Source: an uncultured virus (IMG/VR IMGVR_UViG_3300013372_001213)
Taxonomy: Duplodnaviria > Heunggongvirae > Uroviricota > Caudoviricetes
Length of the DNA: 64,000 nucleotides
Reading direction: 5' to 3' (one strand)
Virus record (IMG/VR): IMGVR_UViG_3300013372_001213
The first letter of the stretch is position 1. Each line of letters opens with the position of its first letter. A model generated the notes under the pieces. That model was not told the origin of the DNA. It made no database searches and worked only from the letters and a program-made list of their open reading frames with translations. Shown here piece after piece: positions 11,140 to 23,100 of the stretch. The translations under genes and the position numbers were made by a program.

Positions 11140-14100
11140 ATGGTATGTGATTTAAATCAAAACAATCTAAAAGAAAATCTTGAGAATTATGTAAATGCTC
11201 TAATAGAAGAGAATTTTAAAAATCCTACATTTTCATATACTGATATAGTTAATATTATTAAGCAAGATGCGTTTGATGAAAACAATGATCTTAGTCAAGC
11301 ATTAGGTATAGCATATCATGTACCTCAGATGATTTATGATATTATAAAGAATAACCCTGAGTACAATGAAAAAGAGTTTGTAAAAAAAGGATATGACTCA
11401 ACTAAGTTAATTAATGAGATTAATACTTTAGAAGAAGCTGAAGATAAAATCAAAGCAATTGCTACAATGCTTGGTATTACAACTACTAGTGTAGCTGAAA
11501 TGGAAGAGGTAATATCTCAACAACCAAGCTCAAGTAATACTGTGTATATTAAAGCTGAAGGTTCTGATAGTATATCTATAGATAATGCATTATCTAATGG
11601 TACTTATTTTGCAACAACTATTCAAACTGCTGAGACAGAAATGATAGAGGGTAAGCCAGTAATTAACTTAAATGTAAGAAAGAAAAGTGAATTATTTTAC
11701 CAAGATATGTTATCAAGGATCATACTTGCTAGAAAAGATGCTGACCAAGATTTTACAGAAATAGAGTATGATGGTCATAAAGGTTTCAGAGCAGTAATAA
11801 TGCTTGAAAATCAAATGCCAGGTACTATTAGAACAGGTAGAGAGTTTATGTTAACTAGAAATGTACCTGTATTAGTAATAACAGATAATCAAGGTAACAT
11901 TATGTACTTTGATGAAAAGACTGGTAAAATTTCTGATAAAGAAAATGGTAAACCTTTATATCAAACTTTAAAAAAAATAGGGGATGTTAATGCTACTAAT
12001 ATTACAAATAGTTTATCAAAGAATCTTAAAAACTTAAGTAAAGAAGAAGAAGATATTGCTAAAGCTAAAATTAGAAAACAAGTTGATGAAGAAGGTAAAA
12101 AACTTCAAGAGCTAAAAGATAAATCAAAACAAGGTCCTGTTTTAGTAGATATTATAGGAGGTTCAATTGGAGTAGCTCAAACAACAGATAATTTAGATCC
12201 TGATATAAAACATGCAGTAGAAGCTAACTTATCAGAGTTTGATGAAAATTCTTATGATCCTAATAGTATAATATTTGATCCCTTTACTATAAAAGGTGCT
12301 AGAGAATCACTACCTGCTATTAAGTTTAAAACAATTAAAAATCATGTAACATTAAAAAATACTGAAAAAATTGGAGAACAAGATCCTCAATTATTAAATG
12401 ATATAGTAAATATCCTTACTGAAGATGTAGGGTTAACTGATACAGAGAAATTCAATTACATAGGTCAATTTATAAATCTTAATAAAAAAGCTAATCCAAA
12501 TGATCCATCATCTATACCATATTCTATAGGTATTAATGCTAGTAAAGGTAATAAGCTTTATATGAATATTAATGGTAAAAATGTACCATTTGAAAACAAA
12601 GAGTTAGCTAAACAATTAATTTCAGATTTTCTTGGTAAAAATGTTCCTATTCATTTTAAAGATGAGCTTTATAGATTAAGGCAATATGATAAAATTACTC
12701 TTCAAGAAACACCTACTGGGTATTCTATTGCAAAAAGAGAACAGTTACCATATTTACCTTTTATATTTAGTAAGTTTACTCCTAGAGTTGCTTATGATAA
12801 AACATCTGGTTTTCCTGCAGTTAATAATGGTTATTTTATTTTTAGTCCTGTTATCACTCAAGAAGAGATTAATAAACAAATTGCTGAGACTACTGCTAAA
12901 TTAAAAGAAGAGAACATTCCTACTAACAATACAGAACAAGAGGAAGAGTTTGATGAACTTAAATCTTCTAGATTAATAGAAGATAATTCAACAGCTGAGC
13001 AAAATGCTAAAGCTGAAAACTGGTGGAGAAATGAATCAGCTTTGTCTAAAGCTGTTGATGAGAATGGTAGACCTCTTTTATCTCTAAACCTATTAAGAAA
13101 TGTTACAAACTCAGATGCATGGGCTACTTTCAGTGGTTCTGTAATTACTTTATATAAAGGAGCTAAGTTTAGTCAAATCTATCATGAGTCTTGGCATGCC
13201 TTTAGTCAGGTTTACTTAACTAGAGATCAAAGAACAGCTTTATATAAAGATGTAAGTAATCTTAAAGGTAGTTTTGAGGTTGTGAAAAGAATTGTAGGTC
13301 CAGGTTCTGTAACTTTTAAAAAGGTTAAAGTTAATTTTAAAGATCTTGATGTTAATAAAAGACCAGATAGAATATTATTAGAAGAGTTTATAGCAGAAGA
13401 GTTTAGAAAGTATGCTTTAAATGATGGTAAGTTTAATACTAAATCTGAAAAGAATACTGTATTAGGTAGAATTTTTGATAGAATATGGAGAGCTTTAAAA
13501 GCATTAGTAGGTAATACAGATATTTATACTACTCTTGGGTCTGATGTTGTTTTAAAGGATATCTTTAATACATTATACACTGCCAAAGACTCTAAAGATC
13601 TGTTACCCTACTCACCAAATTTAACTAATGCAGAGTTTGGGTTATTAAATAGTGGAGGTATTGTAAGTGAAGATGCTGAAAGTAATATATCTATATCTGA
13701 AGGTTTACTATTAAGTAGAACTATTGATGGTATATTATCTCAGTATGTAACTGAGAAGGTTCAAAAAGGTAGCTTTAGTGCTGCTACTAAAATCTTCTCA
13801 AGTAGAAAAAATCTTACAACCATATACAATGAGGTTAAAGATAAATTTAATAATGAGAGAAATGTATTACTAGCTAGAAAAAGCAAAATTCCAGCTACTG
13901 ATGTACAAGAATTAAGTATTATTGATAATAAAATTAACTTATTTACAAGAGCTTTAACCTTATTTGGTGATATTAATAAAGCTTTAGCAGGTGAGTCTGC
14001 AGAAGCTTCTGTAATAGCTTTCCATAGAAATAACAGTACATTTAAAGATCTATTTTCTCCATTTAGATTAATCAAAAATGAAGAAGGTGATAGTGATAAC

Positions 14101-17100
14101 TATGAAGAAACTAGTGATAGTTCTCAACAAGAACTAGCTACAAGTTATGATCAACCTACTAATGGAGTAGCTTCAGAAAAACTAGCTAATGACACTGTTT
14201 TATATTTAATAAAAAGCTTACTTAAACAAGATAAAGCAGGTAATTTTGAATTAAATGAACTAGGTTTTGCAGAACCTATTGAGTTTTTACCTTTCTGGAG
14301 AGTTTTAATGGATAAAGCATCTGGTGAAACTTCTATATTAGGTTTATATAATAAACTTGCAGAAGCTGGTAAAAATGTATCTCCTTTATTTAATCAGTTA
14401 CTTAGTAAGGTATATGTACAACAAACCAAACTTGAAGGTACTAAAGTTGTAAATCTTAGCCCAGAAGACTCCTTAGCTGTAATGATAAGAGAAGGTAGTG
14501 AGGTAGGTGATTTATGGATGAAGTTTGTTCAATCTACAAACTTGCATAAAGTTGATTTAATAGTAAACTATATACAAGCAAATACTAATGGTACTGTTGA
14601 TATAAGAGTTGGTAAAACAAGTGATAATTATCAAAAAATTATAAACACTGACTGGCCTGTAGCTTTCCAACAAAAAGAAAAAGATAGCTTTACTACTAGA
14701 TCTAACCAGGTTAATTATATAGACTTAGAGGCTGTTGCAAATAGATTCCTTATTAAAGGTACTAATACCCAAAATCAAAATACTTATATTGTAGCTAAAG
14801 AAAATTATATACCTTTTTTAAATAGTATAGGTTTATATGTAGATAATATATCTGAAATTAAAGAAATTTTAAAACCAGATGATATTAATTTTATAGCTGA
14901 TGCTATTGGTAAAACTAATGATAATGCTGTTGGAGAGGAAAGAAAAATAAGTAATGTTATATCTTACTTAAATGTAGCAAGAACTTTAGAAAATGGTACA
15001 AGAATAGCTCATAATGCTTATGCAATAATTAAATTAGCTGAATTACAAGCAGCTTTCTCTACTGAATATTCTACTTCTATGAAGTACACTCCAGAGAATA
15101 CTCTTAAGTCTACTCATGCTACTAATAGTACAGATACTCAAAAAATTAATGCTATTAAAAAATCTAAAGAAATAGGAAATTTATTTACTACAGATCCTGA
15201 GTTTATACACATGAATAGTTTTAATCCAGTAAGTAACCCTTTAACAAAAGGATTAATACTGTTTAAATCATTATACTCAACTGTTACTGGTGAAAAACTT
15301 CCAGATAATGATATTAATTATAGAGATCTTAGTGGAACTACTTTTGTTGATAGTGAATATGTAAGTAATGGAAAATCCTATGCAAAGATGGGCTTTTTAG
15401 ATAAGGTATTATCTACATTTATATCTACACTTGGAGGTGGTTACATAGAAGGAGTTCAAGCAGGTGATAAAAGTTCAAATTTTGCAGTAAAACTTAATTA
15501 TATTAATACATATAAAGGAAAAATAAATGATAATTTATATGTTGATACTGTTGCTTTTATAACAGATAAAGATGGTAAATCTATTATGGGAATTGATCCA
15601 ATGCAGAAAGTGTTGGAAATGTTATATCCTAAACTAGAAGGTGAGATTAGAAGAATTGCAATGGTTAATGCAGATCCTGCTTATTATGATAATATAAAAG
15701 GATTTGAAAATGGAGATGAGTTTGATATCTTTGATGAGATCTTAGATGAAGCAACAGGTTCTCTTAAAGAAACTTTAAAGTCTGAAGAAACTTATGAACA
15801 GTTACTTGAGAAAGGAACTTTATATGATTTACTAGTTGCTAATCCACTACTAAAAGAAAAAATAGATAAAGAAATCTTAACCTATTTTGATAAAATTGAA
15901 GAGTCTTATAATAAAGATTTATTTGATCCTATTTTTGGAAAAGATAAACCTATGCCTGCTGCATTAAAAGGTCTTATATTAAAAGATTTATCAGGTAATA
16001 AATTAGAACAAGATAATATTTATGGAAAAGATGAGGAAGAAAAGGACTTAAATATTAAAAAAGCAGCTATCAGATCTTATATGATAAATAACTTTATCCA
16101 TAAGACTGAAACCACTGTTTTCCTACAAGGAGATAGTTTCCAATTTGATCATACTGCAAAGGAGATGGTTAAAAGAACATCTGGTTCTCAATCTGGTGGT
16201 ACTATATTTCCTGTTGATAAATTAACTCAAATATTTATTGATACTAAAGTAGGAAGACCTTATGAGCAAAAACTTATAGCTGATAAAGTAATTTCTGAAA
16301 AAGATGTAAGAAGTTATGGTCCTACTCTTAACACAGCAATTATAGAAGAAAGTAAAGTAACTTCTGTTTATTTTGAATTATATCTAGAGTTATTTGAAAA
16401 TGACTTTAAGAAAAAAGGTTTAAAAGGTGATGAGTTAGCTGCTGCCTTATATGGTGTTAACCCTGATACTGGTTTACCAGGTAGTGATGAAACAGATTCA
16501 GAAGGTAATTATATTGATGTACACAAAGGTGGTAAAATGGACCCTTTTGTTAATATCAAAGATGGTGATGGTCAAGGTTGGATGAGCTTTGATACATATA
16601 GAATATTAAAAAAAGCTGAAGGAAACTGGAGTGATGCTCAGGAAGAATTATTTTTTAAGATTGTAAATAATGAGGAAATAGATACCTCTATACTTACTGA
16701 CATGTTTCCTGTATATAAACTCCAATATAATGGAGCCCTTGCTACTGAGGTAGGAAGATTTCCAGCACAGGCTTTTCATAAGTTCTCTTTATTTCCATTG
16801 ATACCAAATGTAATTAAAAACTTTCCTGCAGCTGATACATTACATAAAGCAATGATATCTCAAAATATAGATTATGCTTTATTCCCATCAGGTTCTAAAA
16901 GATCTTACATAAAATCTAGTCCTGAAAGTAAAGGTGATGCTATATATAATGGTACTACTAATAATATTAAACCATTATCAGAAATTAACTTTACAAAAAA
17001 TACTATTTATATAAGTTATTTAAAAAATCAAACTGCTGTTAACTCTTACTATAAAAGTGAGTCTACATTCTCTAGTCAGTTAAGAAAATTAATTACCTCA

Positions 17101-20100
17101 TTTTTATATGAAAATGGAGTACCTGTAGATTACTTTCAAGCTAATGGTTTTAAAACTCCAGAAGAAGCTATAGAAGCTTGGGAAGAAGAACCCTATAAAA
17201 GAATGGCTAGTCAGTTTCATGATTATGCAGAAGAGTTAAAGGACAGTATTGAAGATTTTGTAGAGTATAAAAAGAAAGAACTACTTGATGAATTAGGATG
17301 GACAGAAGATGATTTATATGCTGAAACAGTTGATGATGAAAAATTAGAATCATTATTAGGATTCCTTGATAAAGAATTTGCAAGACAAGGTTTTAGTGAG
17401 CATGAAAGATCACCTCTTATTGCTACTTCAAATTTTAACAAAGTAGATATAAGTACTAGCCCTTTAGCTGCAAGGTTTGAAAAAATGATTATGGCTATTG
17501 TTAATAATAGAATCATTAAACCTAAATTAAAAGGAGAACCATTAGTAGAGTTATCATCTGCTTTTATGCAAGATGCTAACTTTAGAAAACCTACCTTAGA
17601 AGAAATAGCTAAATATGATGATTTTGGTGGTACAAATGGTTTAGCTTCTTATGTAGTTGACCCTAGTGGTAAATATAAAACTAGAGGTTTTATGTTTAAG
17701 AGAGCCCTTAATAAAATGGATGAGGGTTTATTCCAGTTAGATTATTTTACAAAAAATGCAGATGGAAAATATGTAAATGCAGGAGAATCTATTGCTATCT
17801 ACAAACCTAGAAAAAAAGGAGAACAAAGAGAAATTGATTTAGAGAGAAGTCTTGACAGATTAAATGAGATGCTCCAAGTTAAAGATTGGAGAATGAATGA
17901 TGATAACTACAAAAAGTTAAGACTAACAGGTGTAAGAATACCGGTACAAGGTCATAACTCTATGGAGTTTGGTGAAGTAGCACAATTTTTAAACCCATCA
18001 GCAGGTCCAGTAATCATTATTCCTGCAGAGATTGTAGCTAAATCAGGTACTGACTTTGACGTGGATAAGATGACTACCTACATGCCATTCCTTACTAGAA
18101 GTGGTAAGCTTATGGAAAAGATGAATGAAGAAGATATTGATGAGAAAGAGGAAGAACTTAAAACAAAGTTTGATAAACTAGTTTTAAATAAAAAAGTTAT
18201 TGAGGTATTAAAACAAGATAAAAGTGAAAAATGGTTAGACATTAATTTTAAACTTAATAACTTCAGAAAAGCTATTAGATTAGCAGGTAAAAAAATTGAT
18301 GAAAAAACTTTAGAAACTCTTAGTAGTAATAAAAGTAAAGTTATCATAAAAGCTATGGATGAACCAGGTATGGAGGAGTATGTAAAAAACTTTATACCTA
18401 AGGCTTATAATATATATATTAAAAATATTAAAGGTGTTACTCTTGAAAATTTAGAGACAGTAGAAAATGCATTAGAAATAATATATAATGAAAAATCAGA
18501 ACTTAGTGAAGTATTTACTGAAAGAGCTGACCTAAATGATCATAAAAATAATATGTTAGGTGGTATTCAAAATAAATTAATCCAGGATATGGTTAATATA
18601 TTAGAATTACCTCATTTAGCTGCTTCATTAATGTCTCCTAATGATACTAATTTAGCTAAACCTGCAGCTGATAAATTAGAAGGTTATATTCAAAAAGCTG
18701 ATAATGAAAGTGATTATACAGTATCTGTTAAAACAGGTAAGAAAATGTATAAAAGAGGTATAAGTCCTACAAAAGTTTATACTCAAAACTATAACATTAA
18801 AAGACACCAAGAAAACTTTAGTAGTAAAGATTCATTAGGTATAGCAGCCATAGATAACTACATTAACAACTTGCTTAATATGGCAGGTGGGATAATGGAA
18901 AAAAGTATGAATGTATCTGCTAAAACTCCTATAAAAACTAAAGAAGGTTTTAAATGGCCTAAAGATAATAATACTACTGTTGAAGTAAACATTGACTTAA
19001 ATCTTCCTCACAATAAACTTAATGGTGCCATATCTTTATCACATGTAATGGATAAGTTAAAAACTAATTCTATTGCTGATATTATTAATCAATTAATGAA
19101 TGGATTTGTGGATGTGGGTAAAGATGCATGGGTTGCTTATCTACAAGGAAATGTAGATGTTGTACCTAAATTCTTATTTTTACTACAAACAGGTGTTCCT
19201 TTTAAACACATTGCCTACCTAGTATCTAATCCTATGACTAGACAATATATCAAGGATAAAGCTAATGGTAAAGCTGTATTATCACCTTTAATGCCTAATA
19301 TAGCTAAATCATATGATGTTGCTGGAAACATGTTAAATAAAATTGAATTTTCAGACAATGTTTTATATAATTTAGATAATATATATGGTATACAAGAAGC
19401 TTTAAAAGAAAAAGCCAAATCTTCAGATTTTACTGAAGAGACTCTTGAAAGAGTTGCACAAAAAAGTTTAGATTATACTGATAGAGAACAAATAGCAGGT
19501 TTTTTAGAATATTTATATGTAGAAAATTTAATTGAGGATTATGATGCTATGAAAAAAGCAATGAATCCTGATACTAAAAACAGTCCTGATTTATACTCAG
19601 CTCAAGCTAAAATTGAAGAGGTGCAAGGTCTTATGAATAGTCCTAGTATAGTACAAAAAGTTATTAATAAACTGGCTACTAATAGTATGATTTCTCCATT
19701 CTTTATACAAGAGTTTGCTAGAAGATTATTTAGTAGATTATTTAAGTTAAGAGATGACTCTCAGGTAAATAACTTTTTAATTAGCATTTTTAAAGATAGA
19801 ATGAATGCTTCTAAAGCTAAAAAAATAACAGGTTATGATACTGAAACATACATTGCTAAATTTAAAAACTTTATTGCTCAATATATTTTTGCTAATGAAT
19901 TAAGAGTATATAAATCTGGAGATACTGTATATAAAGGTATGCCTATCACACCAGAGGTATTAGAACAACTTAATCAAGATTTTGATAAAGGTCTTTACTT
20001 AAGGTCTAATGCTAATAGTGACTCATATGAAAGTAGAAAGTTAGCACCTATTAGTGCCCAAGCTTTTCCTGGTATTGTAAAAAAAGATAGTAATAATAAC

Positions 20101-23100
20101 CCTATTGTTGTTCCAAATGAAAAGTTAAGAACTGATTTTATAGAGTTTGGTTTAGAAAGAGACTATTTAAGACAAACTATGTCATTAGAATCTGTAAAAA
20201 ACACTAAAGAGTTTGAGACAAGAAGAAAAAGATTAATGGCATCTGGCTATAGTGAATATAGACAAAATGATGGAGAATCTGCTGAAAAATATATGACTAG
20301 ATTAAATAACTCTACATATGAAGATATGTTAGCTAATAAGGCTCTTACTAATACCTATAATATCTGGCAATTATTTAGATCAGGAGATAATACTATAGCT
20401 CAAGAATTAACAGATATAATTACAAATTATCCAGAAATGGGTAAGTCTACAAAGTATTCTATGTTGCTGCAGTTTATGCCTTTAGGTATACCTAATGATG
20501 TTCTTTATAAAAATATTTCAAACTTTATGTTAAAAAACTACTCTAATCTTGATGAAGGGTTAATTAGTGAATATAACAATCAATGGAATGATTTAGCTAA
20601 CCCTAATAAAGATAAAGTAATTGCAAATAAAGAAGCTAATATTTATATTAGTAACTTCTTTCAAAATCTTCCACTTTATGCTTTTCTACAGTCAGGTATG
20701 GACTCTGGTAAATTTTCATTAGCCTCAGTAATGCCTTATAATGAATATAAAAAAGTAATGGATAAAGCCTCTGAAAAATTTATTGCTAAATTAGAAACAA
20801 CAGATAGTGATAAGATATTACAAGGTTTAAAACAGCTATTTGAAATTGAAAACAGTGGTAAAAATAAAAAATTAAGAGGTAGAGGTCCATTATTAAAAGT
20901 TGATATCTCTAATCTACCTGATGCTGAATATAGTATTTATGAACAACCATTCATTGAAAGAGTAATGAATGATAACAATATTCCTATTGGAGTATTTAAC
21001 ATAACTAATAATTATACTAAAGATGGTAGAGCATATCCTGTTACTAGAGACCAGGTTGATAAATTAATAAAAAATAATCCTTCAGTAATATTTTTATTAT
21101 CTCCTGCTGACCTAATCAAGTTAACTAATGTATTAACCACTGATGAAATAAATAAAGCTAAAATAAATATAAATGATGTTATTAATAAAATTATTAGCAC
21201 TGGAACTGATGTAGTAGTTTATTCTGAAGGTTTTGGAGACTCTGCTAAAAAGTTTTTTGATAACAATGGTATAGCAGAAGCACCTAAAAAACAAGTTACT
21301 ACTGAATATCCTATTGAACCAGGTAGATTTGTTACAAATAGTGGTGTAACATATATTACTATTAAAAAGAATGATAATGGTACATGGCAAGTTTATAACC
21401 CTAATGCTACAGGAGCTAATTCTAAGAAATCTTTTGCTGAGTCTAATTTAACTACTAGCTTTATTAAAGCTGTTAAAGTAAGATATAGAGATGCAGATTA
21501 CCTAGTGACTCCAAAAGATACTATTATCTCATTAACCACTGGTACAAAAATGGATTGGAAAGATAATGATGGTAACAGAATAGCTATTTTAAAATTAAAG
21601 GATACTAAACCTGTAACTAATGAAACAGTATCTGTACCTGTTACTCAATCATCTACTGGTATTAAAGTTATATCTCCAGACTATGGGGTAGTACAAGCTT
21701 CTACAAATCCTACTAAAGAATTTGATCAAAAATTAGCAGATACTATTTTTAAAGATGTTAGAGATAATGCTTATGTTGAAAATGGTAGCAATACTGCACA
21801 AAGAATGTGGGGTAATGGGTTAATGTGGAAAGGTAATAATACTAAAAAACCAACAGGTATTCCTTTAAAAGTAATTCCAGCTAAAGTAGATAATAATGCA
21901 AATGGTAAATTAACAACAGTTAATACACCATATTTTTATGATCCTTTATATAATGATGGTACACCTGTAGCACCAATAACTGATTTAGATTTTTTAAAGA
22001 AGCACATTGAAAATACTTTGGGTATTGATATGTCAGATTATGATGTAAGCTTAAATAATATATATGAAGAAGGTCATAATTTATATAGGCATACAGATAT
22101 TGATGAATCAAATACTGCAAAAGGCTATCCTGTAATTGTATATGTATTTGGTAATGATCATAAAGTAAGGTTTGATGATAATGGGGGTAAAAGAGCATTT
22201 GGACAAATGGTAAATCCAAAAACTCTTACATTAAAAAATGGTGACATTTATGCTTTTGGTATGGGTGGCAAAGGTAGATTTGAAACTGTTCATGATGTAG
22301 TGGCTTCACCAAAAACAAATAATAATTTTCCTGAGTTAATTGGAGCTGATGGTAAACCAACTAAAAAGTATACTGTTACCCTTACATTTAGAAGAGCAGC
22401 AGACTTAACACCAGGTATGCCCACTACACCATCTAAAACTGGAGTAAAAGCTCCTGTAAGTACTGATAAAAAACTTACTCAAGAAGAAGCTGATTGGTTA
22501 AAGGATAATCTTAAATTAATAACTAAAACATATAATAGTTCAACTCTTTATGGTGCTATAGATATAGAATTAAAAGATCCTATTATTATTGGTGAAACTA
22601 AAGTCACTCATATAGCTCCAGATGTATCTGGTAATCCTAGTATTATATTTGAAAGACCTTCTGGTAAATGGATGGTTACAATAGAAGAAAAAAAGGGAAA
22701 TCTTTTTACTAGATTATATAAATGGGCTGATTATAGTAAAAAAGGAGAATTTAGTTTCTATGCATCAAAAGATTCTGAAATAAATGATAAAGCTAATATA
22801 GAAAAAGCTGGTTTAAATACCTTAGTAGAAAAGTTATATGCTGATACTAATATACCAGATCCTGGAACAAGATTAGGACAGTTTGAAGCAGCCAACTTTT
22901 TACAACAAAAATATGGTTTAAAAAGAACATATAAAGATATAGTTAATCAACTTATGTCTAAAACTCAACCACAAGCTCCTGTAACTAATGAAGTTAAAGG
23001 TAGTATTCAGTTACAGCTTATAGAAGATCTTGTACAACAAGGTAAAGCTAAAACTACAGTTAGAAGATATGATAAAGAATCTGGTATTTATAAATCAGAA

